Made by a program: the position numbers and the translations under genes. A model generated the notes under the pieces. That model did no database searches. It was not told the origin of the DNA and saw nothing but the letters and a program-made list of their open reading frames with translations. A DNA stretch of 64,000 nt from an uncultured delta proteobacterium (GTDB taxonomy: Bacteria; Myxococcota; Myxococcia; Myxococcales; Myxococcaceae): contig CAVYSY010000032.1 of assembly GCA_963771175.1 (NCBI GenBank), forward strand, positions 608,001 to 672,000, written 5' to 3'. This document shows positions 9,564 through 17,058 of this stretch, piece after piece. Within the stretch, counting starts at the first letter, position 1. Each line of letters begins with the position of its first letter.

Positions 9564-9632
9564 TCACTTCTGGACGTCCAGAAGTAATTATGCATTTTAA
9601 ATGCAACATAACTTCCAGACGTCCAGAAGTGA
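9564..9632. repeat. 69-bp composite inverted repeat: two 20-bp palindromes around an AT-rich palindromic core
   Basis: ACTTCTGGACGTCCAGAAGT (9566-9585) - AATTA - TGCATTTTAAATGCA (9591-9605) - ACATA - ACTTCCAGACGTCCAGAAGT (9611-9630). Confidence 0.9.
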
Positions 9633-9720
9633 AGCCGCCAGAATGGGGGAAAACGGGGCCCGTCCAGGGGCGGAGACTGGCGCGGGAGCGCTCTGGATGG
9701 CGCCGTGGCACGCCGGCCGC

Positions 9721-9742
9721 CACTTCCACCGTCCAGAAGTGA
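9721..9742. repeat. Degenerate fourth copy of the palindrome (CACTTCCACCGTCCAGAAGTGA)
   Basis: Right half GTCCAGAAGTGA identical to the copy at 9621-9632. Confidence 0.75.
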
Positions 9743-9912
9743 AACGCCCGGGGGCTGCCTTCGTTCTCGCACTCCGGAATGCGCGCATCAGAAGCATTTC
9801 TTACTTGTTGCCGCGCTCACACCTGCGCGAAGACACGTCCCGAAAGACGGCGTCCCCCCCAGTACAAGGGACGCCCTTCCACTCAACCGCTTCTCTTCAT
9901 CGGAGGCCCCAC

Positions 9913-10518
9913 ATGGCCGACATCCAGAAGAAGTACACGCCGATGCAGTTCACCCACCTCAAGGGTCTCAAGGGCATCAGCGACGCGGTGCTCGAGTCTC
10001 ACTTCAAGCTGTACGAGGGCTACGTCAACCGCACCAACAAGCTCACCGAGCTGCTCTCGGGCCTGCAGGCCAAGGGCGAGGCCCTCGGCGCCAACCCGGC
10101 CTACGCCGAGATGACCCGCCGTCTGGGCTTCGAGTACAACGGCATGGTCCTGCACGAGTACTACTTCGGCAACATGAAGCCGGGCGCCACCACCACGCCG
10201 GGCGGCAAGCTGAAGCAGGCCATGGAGCAGAGCTTCGGCTCCTACGAGAACTGGCTGACGGACTTCAAGGCCGTGGGCACCTCGCCGGGCATCGGCTGGG
10301 CCGTGACCTTCCAGGACCCGCGCACCGGCTGGCTCTCCAACCACTGGATCACCCTGCACGAGAACGGCAACATCGCCGGCTACACCCCCATCATCGTCAT
10401 GGACGCGTGGGAGCACGCCTTCGTCCCCGACTACAAGCCCTTCGAGCGCGCCAAGTACGTCGAGGCCTACTTCCAGAACCTCGACTTCGAGGCCTGCGAG
10501 GCCCGCCTGAAGAAGTAG
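9913..10518 (+). CDS. Fe/Mn superoxide dismutase family protein
   Basis: GGAGG RBS; HFKLYEGYV, LHEYYF and DAWEHAF metal-ligand motifs; SFGSYENW. Confidence 0.9.
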   Translation: MADIQKKYTPMQFTHLKGLKGISDAVLESHFKLYEGYVNRTNKLTELLSGLQAKGEALGANPAYAEMTRRLGFEYNGMVLHEYYFGNMKPGATTTPGGKLKQAMEQSFGSYENWLTDFKAVGTSPGIGWAVTFQDPRTGWLSNHWITLHENGNIAGYTPIIVMDAWEHAFVPDYKPFERAKYVEAYFQNLDFEACEARLKK

Positions 10519-10539
10519 TCCTTCAGGTGCTTTGCTCTC

Positions 10540-10576
10540 GGCGGCGGATGGGCTCGACACAGGCCCGTCCGCCGTT
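10540..10576. terminator. Hairpin between convergent sod and ku genes
   Basis: GGCGGCGGATGGGC...GCCCGTCCGCCGTT stem. Confidence 0.55.
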
Positions 10577-10597
10577 GTCGTTTCAGGGCTCCCCCCG

Positions 10598-11557
10598 CTA
10601 CTTCTTCCCGGTGCCGGAGCGCCCCTTCTTCCGCCGGGTCCGCGGCGTGGCCGTGCTCTCCACCCGCTTGCCTCGCGCCTCTCGCGCCTCTCGCGCCTCT
10701 CGCGCCTCGCGGGCCGCCTGCTGGCGCATCCGCAACGAGCCCCGGGTGAGCTCCCGCACCTCGCCACGCACCGGCTCGGGAGCCTTTTCGGCCGCCCTGC
10801 CCGCTCGGGCGGTCCGGGGCGCGGCCGCCTTCGTGGGTGCCGGAGCCTCCGCGGGCACCTCGCGCAGCCCCCGTGCCATGGCGCGCCGGTCGAGGAAGGC
10901 CAGCATCCGCTCGCGGTGCACGTCGTGGTAACGCTGCGGCTCGAAGCGGATGGTGCGCGCCTCGATGATGTCCAGGACGGACTCCACCTCGCTCTCGACG
11001 GGGCGGGGTCCAGGCACGGAGAACTCGGAGAAGCTCTCCTGCGAGACGACCTCGTCCGCGTAGTGCAGGGTGGACAGGACGAGCCCCCGCCCATGCGGCC
11101 ACACCGCGCACAGGTGTCCCTTCATGTGCATCACCAGCCGTCCGATGCCGACCCGGCCCGCGGCGCGCAGGGCCATCGCCATGGCCGCGTAGGGCTTCCA
11201 GGCGCCCTCGCCCGGCATGAGGTGGTAGGTGATGTCGAAGTAGATGGGATCGATCTCGGAGAGCTCGACGAAGTCCTCCAGGGCGATGGTGCGGCTGGAG
11301 CGGGGCTCGAAGGCCTCCAGCTCGCCCTGCGACACCTCCACGTAGCGGCCCCGGCCCAGGTCGTAGCCCTTCACCACGTGCTCGTAGGGCACCTCCTCGC
11401 CATCGGCCGAACACACCCGCTTCTGCTGGATGCGGGCTCCGTCCGCGTCGTGCAGGAGGTGGAACTGCACCTGTTTGGGAGAGACGGCACCGTAGAGCCG
11501 CACCGGAACGTTCATGGGCCCGAAACCGAGCGAGCCGGTCCAGACAGGACGAGACAT
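10598..11557 (-). CDS. ku: Non-homologous end-joining protein Ku
   Basis: WTGSLGFG..VPVRLY, VKGYD, IDPIYFDITYHL, TLHYADEV; basic C-terminal tail. Confidence 0.9.
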   Translation of the reverse strand: MSRPVWTGSLGFGPMNVPVRLYGAVSPKQVQFHLLHDADGARIQQKRVCSADGEEVPYEHVVKGYDLGRGRYVEVSQGELEAFEPRSSRTIALEDFVELSEIDPIYFDITYHLMPGEGAWKPYAAMAMALRAAGRVGIGRLVMHMKGHLCAVWPHGRGLVLSTLHYADEVVSQESFSEFSVPGPRPVESEVESVLDIIEARTIRFEPQRYHDVHRERMLAFLDRRAMARGLREVPAEAPAPTKAAAPRTARAGRAAEKAPEPVRGEVRELTRGSLRMRQQAAREAREAREAREARGKRVESTATPRTRRKKGRSGTGKK

Positions 11558-11799
11558 GTGGGGCCTCCCTGGCACCCGGGTGGGCGCCGTCTCCTAAGGT
11601 CCGTACCGCTCGGGCGGACGGCAAGGCACTCCGCGCACCCGGACGGGGGCCCGCAGGGACGGTTGCTCCCGGCGACCTCGCATATCCGTCCACGGTGGAC
11701 GTCCCAGAAAAGACATCTTACGGAAGGCTTGCCGGGGCCACTCGCCGCTGAGTACGAGGCCGGGTCATCCGGCAGTCACACAACCAGGAAGGAAGCGGC

Positions 11800-12624
11800 A
11801 TGCAGCGGATTCTCTTGGCGGTTCTGGGCCTCACCCTGACCATGAACCTGACGACGGGGTGCGCGACGCTCAAACGCGCGAACGTGGGGCGCACGGCGGC
11901 GTCCATCTTCATCTCCGACGAGCAGGAGGAGCAGCTCGGCCGGCAGGTGAAGACGGAGCTCGAGACGAAGGAGAAGATCAAATACGTCGAGGACCCGGTG
12001 GTGGTGGAGTACGTGCGCACCGTGTCCACGCGCCTCCTCCAGCAGGCGAACAAGGACCGGCCGAACGTGAAGTGGAAGGTGAACGTCATCGACGATCCGA
12101 AGACGGTGAACGCCTTCGCCACGCCGGGCGGCTACCTGTACGTGTACACCGGCCTGCTGCTGGCGGCGGACAACGAGGCGGAGCTGGCCGGGGTGCTGGG
12201 GCACGAGGCCGGACACGTGGTGGGCCGGCACTCGGCGCAGGCGCTGATGCTCCAGTACGGCCAGCAGGCCCTCACCGAAGCGGCGCTCGGGAAGGACGCG
12301 AACACGGTGGCGCAGATCGCCGCGAACCTCGCGGGCACGGGCACGGGGCTGGCCTTCAGCCGCAGCAACGAGACGGAGGCCGATGAGCTCGGCGCGAAGT
12401 ACACGTCGGCGGTGGGCTACGACCCGCACGGGCTGGTGACCTTCTTCAACAAGCTGGCGGCGCAGGAGGGCAAGACGCCGGGCGTGCTGAAGTGGCTGAG
12501 CACGCACCCGCCGAGCGCCGACCGCGTGACCCATCTGAACGCCTACATCTCCCAGAAGGGGCTGTCGGGCAAGGACCTGGGGGCGGACCGTCTGACCCCC
12601 ATCAAGCAGCGCCTGAGCAAGTAG
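11800..12624 (+). CDS. M48 family zinc metalloprotease lipoprotein
   Basis: Lipobox TTGC; NAFATPGG, HEAGH, ETEAD, STHP motifs. Confidence 0.92.
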   Translation: MQRILLAVLGLTLTMNLTTGCATLKRANVGRTAASIFISDEQEEQLGRQVKTELETKEKIKYVEDPVVVEYVRTVSTRLLQQANKDRPNVKWKVNVIDDPKTVNAFATPGGYLYVYTGLLLAADNEAELAGVLGHEAGHVVGRHSAQALMLQYGQQALTEAALGKDANTVAQIAANLAGTGTGLAFSRSNETEADELGAKYTSAVGYDPHGLVTFFNKLAAQEGKTPGVLKWLSTHPPSADRVTHLNAYISQKGLSGKDLGADRLTPIKQRLSK

Positions 12625-12633
12625 GCCCCTGCT

Positions 12634-13692
12634 TCAACGCACCGGGGGAGGCGGCCCCCGCACCTCCCCGTCGGGCTCATCGTGGAGCTCGGCGGGGGGC
12701 TCGACCTCGGACGAGGCGTGCTCCGCCATGCGTCGGCGCCAGCGCCAGAAGGCGAGCCGCTCCCGTCCCGAACGGCGCCCCTCGACGGGGCCGCCCTTGA
12801 GGTGGGGCAATTCGAGGGGTGGGGGCTTGCCGGCCGCCCGCGCCGCCTCGGCCTCGGCCTGCTCGAGGACGGCATTCACCTCGCCGCCGAGGATGAAGAT
12901 GAGACCGGTGAGGTAGAGCCACAGCAGCAGCACGACGGCGCCACCGAGGGAGCCATAGGTGACGTTGTAGCGGCCGAAGTGCTCGACGTACTGCGTGAAG
13001 CCCCAGGTGGTGAGCAGCCACAGGAGGCTGGCGAGCAGCGCGCCCGGGGAGAGGAACTGGTAGCGGTGCCGCACGGCGGGCAGGCGCCAGTAGCACAGGG
13101 CCAGCATCAGCATGACGAGGCCCGCGGTGAAGGGCCAGCGCAGCCACGTCCACACGGCCTGGTAGAAGGCGAGGACGTGGAGGTGATCGGCGATCCACTC
13201 GCCCAGCCGCCCGCCCAGGAGGAAGAGGGCGAAGGCCAGGGGGAGGACCAGCGAGCCCGCCACCGTCATGAGGATGGCGAGCCCCTGCGTCTTCCAGAAG
13301 GGCCGGTACTCGGGGACGTCGTAGGCGAGGTTGAGCGCCCGGCGGAACGCGTCCACGCCGCGCGAGGCCGACCAGAGCGCCACCAGCAGGCCAAGGGTGA
13401 TGAGGCGGGGCCGGCTCTGGGTGACGAGCGACTCGAGGTGCTCCCGCACCACCCGCAGGGCCTCGGCCGGCATGAGCGGGCCGAGCCGCTCCATCATGGC
13501 GTCCACGGCTCCCGGGGCGAACGGCAGGTACGCCGCGAACGTCACGAGGAAGAAGAGGAACGGGAACAGGGCGAAGAGGAAATAGAAGGCGAGCTGCGCC
13601 GCGCACTCGGTGACGGCGTCCTCCCGCAGCTCCACCCAGAGACGTCGGAAGAGCTCACGCCATGTCAGGTGCCTGGGCTTGCGGAACCCCAT
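12634..13692 (-). CDS. YihY/virulence factor BrkB family membrane protein
   Basis: AAQLAFYFLFALFP, LWSASRG, YNVTYGSLGG, GGEVNA motifs. Confidence 0.92.
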   Translation of the reverse strand: MGFRKPRHLTWRELFRRLWVELREDAVTECAAQLAFYFLFALFPFLFFLVTFAAYLPFAPGAVDAMMERLGPLMPAEALRVVREHLESLVTQSRPRLITLGLLVALWSASRGVDAFRRALNLAYDVPEYRPFWKTQGLAILMTVAGSLVLPLAFALFLLGGRLGEWIADHLHVLAFYQAVWTWLRWPFTAGLVMLMLALCYWRLPAVRHRYQFLSPGALLASLLWLLTTWGFTQYVEHFGRYNVTYGSLGGAVVLLLWLYLTGLIFILGGEVNAVLEQAEAEAARAAGKPPPLELPHLKGGPVEGRRSGRERLAFWRWRRRMAEHASSEVEPPAELHDEPDGEVRGPPPPVR

Positions 13693-13802
13693 CCATCCTC
13701 CGTGTGGTCCCGGGGAGCGGCAAGGAAGGTGGGCACGAGTGGGCGCCCCCGCAGCCCCCCCGCGCCAGAAAGGGAGGATGCCTGCTAGCCTCCCCTTCCA
13801 CC

Positions 13803-14393
13803 ATGCATCCCCTACCGCTCGTCATCTTCCTGACGCTCGCCGCCGGTCCCAACCGTCCCATCCCCGCGGGATGCCGCGAGGACCATGGAACGTGCCGCGA
13901 GGACTGCACCATCGAATACGGTGGCGGCACGACGAAGTACCGCCAGCTCACCGAGTGCCTCGTCCGCTGTGAACAGGCGCAGAAGGAGTGCACCGACGAG
14001 CACTACTTGCGCCTGGACGCGCAGTTCGACCCGACGCCCCCGCCCCCAGAGGATCCGGCCATGAAGCCCGCTCAGGACTCGGTGCGCCGTGGCGTCTACC
14101 GGGCCTCTGAGGCGGAGCCCCCCACCCCCGTCGAGCCTCCCGAGCCCGCCGCGAATGAGGAACCCGTCGCCGCGCCCGAGCCGAAGTCGCAGCCCGCGGC
14201 CCCGGCGAAGCCCGTATCGGAGCCGGCGTCGAAGGACAGCGCGGACGACACCAGCTCCGACGAGCCCGAGCCCGAGCCCGAGCCGGCGCCCGCGCCGAAA
14301 CCGGCTCCGAAGCCCGTGGAGCCCACGAGGCCACAGCCTCCACCGGAGCCCAAGAAGAAGGACATCTCCGACTGGGACCCGAACGGGGACTGA
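13803..14393 (+). CDS. Secreted hypothetical protein with a 6-Cys N-domain and a Pro/Glu-rich tail
   Basis: Signal-like N-terminus; C-x6-C-x3-C...C-x3-C-x6-C; low-complexity tail ending DISDWDPNGD. Confidence 0.7.
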   Translation: MHPLPLVIFLTLAAGPNRPIPAGCREDHGTCREDCTIEYGGGTTKYRQLTECLVRCEQAQKECTDEHYLRLDAQFDPTPPPPEDPAMKPAQDSVRRGVYRASEAEPPTPVEPPEPAANEEPVAAPEPKSQPAAPAKPVSEPASKDSADDTSSDEPEPEPEPAPAPKPAPKPVEPTRPQPPPEPKKKDISDWDPNGD

Positions 14394-14402
14394 CTCGCCC
14401 GA

Positions 14403-15389
14403 CTACACGGACCGAGCGCCAGAGGAGGCGGGAGAGTCCCTCTCGCCGCCCTCCACCGACACCGGAGCTGCCCGCTCGACGGGAGCTCCCTGCGTCAGCC
14501 GCACGCCGGCGATGACCAGCACGCCACCGACAGCCAGCTCCCAATGCAGCGGCTCACCGAGCACCAGCCACGCGGCGAGCGCGGTGGCGGCGGGCTGGAG
14601 GTTGGAGAAGATGGCCACGCGAGAGGCGGGCACCTTGGACAGGGCGTAGTACCAGATGAGGTAGGCCACCACGGACGTGAGGATGGCCAGGTAGGCGATG
14701 CTGCCCAGGGCGGGCGCGCTGACGGCGAAGGTGCGCGCCGGCTCCAGGGCGAAGGGCATCACGGGCACGAGCAGCAGGGCCGCGGCCACCATGCTCCACG
14801 AGGTGGAGCGCACCGGGCCGTAGGTGGCGGCGAAGGGCTTGCCCTCGGTGGTGTAGCCGACCCAGGCGATCACGGCCCCGAGAATGAGGAGATCGCCCAG
14901 GAGCGAGCCACCCGCCGACGCGAGCCCGCGCCCCAACAGCAGCACCACCACCCCCGCGAGCGCGGTGAAGATGCCGAGCGTGGCGAGAGAGGACGGCCGC
15001 TCGTGCCCACGCGCGAGGCTCAGCAGGTACACGCCGAGCGGAGTGAGCGCGTAGAGGAGCGCCGCGTGGGACGCGCTGGAGTGGGCCAGCCCGTAGAAGA
15101 ACAGCATCTGGTTGATGGGGCCAGCGAGCAGGCCGAGCAGCAGCACGCGGCGCCACTCGGAGCGGGGCGGCAGCTTGGGGCCGGGCGTGAAGGCGATGAG
15201 CAGGCAGAAGACGGTGGCGCTCAGCAGGAAGCGCCACAGCACCACGGTGATGGGTGGGAGCTCCGCCATGGCCCGCTTGCCCGCCAGATAGGTGCCCGCG
15301 CTGATGGTCACCTGCAACAACATCGCGGCGTACACCTTGCCGAGCGGCGCCTGGTGAGAAGAGAGAGTCCCGGTGGTGGATGCGCCCAT
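14403..15389 (-). CDS. DMT/EamA family transporter
   Basis: About 10 TM segments; GDLLIL, FSNLQP, GEPL motifs. Confidence 0.9.
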   Translation of the reverse strand: MGASTTGTLSSHQAPLGKVYAAMLLQVTISAGTYLAGKRAMAELPPITVVLWRFLLSATVFCLLIAFTPGPKLPPRSEWRRVLLLGLLAGPINQMLFFYGLAHSSASHAALLYALTPLGVYLLSLARGHERPSSLATLGIFTALAGVVVLLLGRGLASAGGSLLGDLLILGAVIAWVGYTTEGKPFAATYGPVRSTSWSMVAAALLLVPVMPFALEPARTFAVSAPALGSIAYLAILTSVVAYLIWYYALSKVPASRVAIFSNLQPAATALAAWLVLGEPLHWELAVGGVLVIAGVRLTQGAPVERAAPVSVEGGERDSPASSGARSV

Positions 15390-15411
15390 CTTGGAGCGCC
15401 CAGTATCAGAT

Positions 15412-16443
15412 TTACGCGTCCAGGTGCAGGAGCGCCCACCGAGCGGCGTGGCGCACCTGCTCGCTCGGGTCCTCGCGCAGCCTCTCCAGCAGGGCACGGG
15501 CGTCCTGCTGCTTCGCGGCGCCCAGGGCGTACACGGCATTGCGGCGCAGGCCGTCGTACTTGGCCCGTCCGAGCGCCGTGCCGGGGATGAGCTGCTCGTA
15601 CTGCTCGGGGGTGAGCGCGGCCAGCTCCCTCACCCCGAGCTCCGCCACCGCTCGCGGCGCGAAGCGCTCGTTCGGCGTCAGCACGGGGGAGCGGTTGAGG
15701 GGACACACGTCCTGGCAGATGTCGCAGCCGAAGATGATGTTGTCCATCTCCACCCGGAAGGACTCGGGCACCTCGGCGTGGCGGTTCTCGATGGTCTGGT
15801 AGGAGAGACAGGCCCGCGCATCCACCCGCCCCTGGCCCAGCAGCGCGCCGGTGGGGCAGGACATGATGCACTTGCGGCAGTGGCCGCAGCGGTCCTCGGC
15901 GGGGCCACCCGCGTACGCATCCACCTCGGCGTCCAGGATGAGCGCGGACAGCAGCACCCACGAGCCGAAGGGCTCGGTGATGAAGCACCCGTTCTTGCCC
16001 ACGTAGCCCAGCCCCGCGCGCGCGGCCCACACCTTCTCCATCAGCGGGCCCGAGTCCACGCTGCCGTAGTGGTGCACCTCGGGGTACGCCTCCGAGAGCC
16101 GCTTGCGGAACGCCTTCAGCTTGTCGCGCAGGGTGGAGTGGTAGTCCCGGCCCCGCGCGTAGCGGGCGATGGGCGAGCCCGCCGTCTTCGGCTCATCGCG
16201 GTAGTAGTTGGTGGCGAAAGCAATGACCGTCCGCGCCCCGGGGAGCAGCTGGGAGACATCGAGCCGCTCGGCCGCCCGGGTGCTCATCCAGTCCATGTCC
16301 GCGGCGCAGCCGGCCTCGAGCCATTCGAGGAGCGTCCCGGAGGGGATGGGCTCGGCGCGAGCGAAGCCCACGAGATCGAAGCCGACCTGCTGGGAGAGCT
16401 GGCGGAGATGGGCGGTGGGCAGCGGCGTCACGGTCCCATACAT
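15412..16443 (-). CDS. queG: tRNA epoxyqueuosine(34) reductase
   Basis: ARYARGRDYH, VDSGPLMEK, CGHCRKCIMSCPTGA, FGCDICQDVCP Fe-S motifs. Confidence 0.95.
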   Translation of the reverse strand: MYGTVTPLPTAHLRQLSQQVGFDLVGFARAEPIPSGTLLEWLEAGCAADMDWMSTRAAERLDVSQLLPGARTVIAFATNYYRDEPKTAGSPIARYARGRDYHSTLRDKLKAFRKRLSEAYPEVHHYGSVDSGPLMEKVWAARAGLGYVGKNGCFITEPFGSWVLLSALILDAEVDAYAGGPAEDRCGHCRKCIMSCPTGALLGQGRVDARACLSYQTIENRHAEVPESFRVEMDNIIFGCDICQDVCPLNRSPVLTPNERFAPRAVAELGVRELAALTPEQYEQLIPGTALGRAKYDGLRRNAVYALGAAKQQDARALLERLREDPSEQVRHAARWALLHLDA

Positions 16444-16478
16444 AACCGCGTCGCCGCCTCAGGGGAGCCCCTACGGTG

Positions 16479-17040
16479 CTACTTGCCGGATTTCTCCGGT
16501 ATCCACTTCACATCCTCGACGCCCACCCGGTGGTTGGCGACCCGGGCCATGATGAAGAGCAGGTCCGAGAGACGGTTGAGGTAGACCACCGCCTCCTGGG
16601 CGGCCTCGCCCTCGCGCAGGGCGGCGACCACGCGGCGCTCGGCCCGGCGGCACACCGTGCCGGGAGAGGTGCAGCGCGGCGGCCGCCTGGCTGCCCCCCG
16701 GCAGGATGAAGTGCGTCATGGGAGAGAGCTCGGTCTCGAAGGTGTCGATGGCCCGCTCCATGTCCGTCACCCACTCGGGCTTGAGCTTGGGGATGTGCTC
16801 GGACGCCTTGGTGCCCACGGGCGTGGCCAGCACCGCGCCCACGGTGAAGAGCTGGTCCTGCAGCCGTTGGAGGAGCGCGTCCAGGTCCGTGGGCATGGAC
16901 AGCGAGCGCGCCAGCCCCAGCGAGGCGTTCAGCTCGTCCACCTCGCCGTAGGCATCCACGCGCGCGCTGTCCTTTCGCACCCGGCCCCCGCCGAACAGCC
17001 CCGTCTCCCCCGTGTCACCGGTCTTCGTGTAGATCTTCAT
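16479..17040 (-). CDS. PduO-type cob(I)alamin adenosyltransferase (apparent frameshift near 16660)
   Basis: [37 protein letters not shown] and [10 protein letters not shown] continue in the shifted frame. Confidence 0.92.
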
Positions 17041-17058
17041 GGCGCCTCGTCTAACCGC

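Noticed and set aside
9586..9612. Xer dif-like site (TTATGTTGCAT and ATGCATAA resemble XerD/XerC arms on the minus strand)
   Set aside because: The arms are in the wrong order and lack the 6-bp central spacer of dif.
9706..9720. TGGCACG-N4-CCGC as a sigma-54 promoter for sod
   Set aside because: The -12 element lacks TTGC; GG-N10-GC alone is frequent at this GC content.
11696..11709. TGGACGTCCCAGAA upstream of ku as a fifth palindrome copy
   Set aside because: Needs an insertion and lacks the left arm; plausible by chance in GC-rich DNA.
14260..14320. GAGCCC tandem repeats
   Set aside because: Simply encode the EPEPEP/PAPAP low-complexity linker of the 13803-14393 protein.
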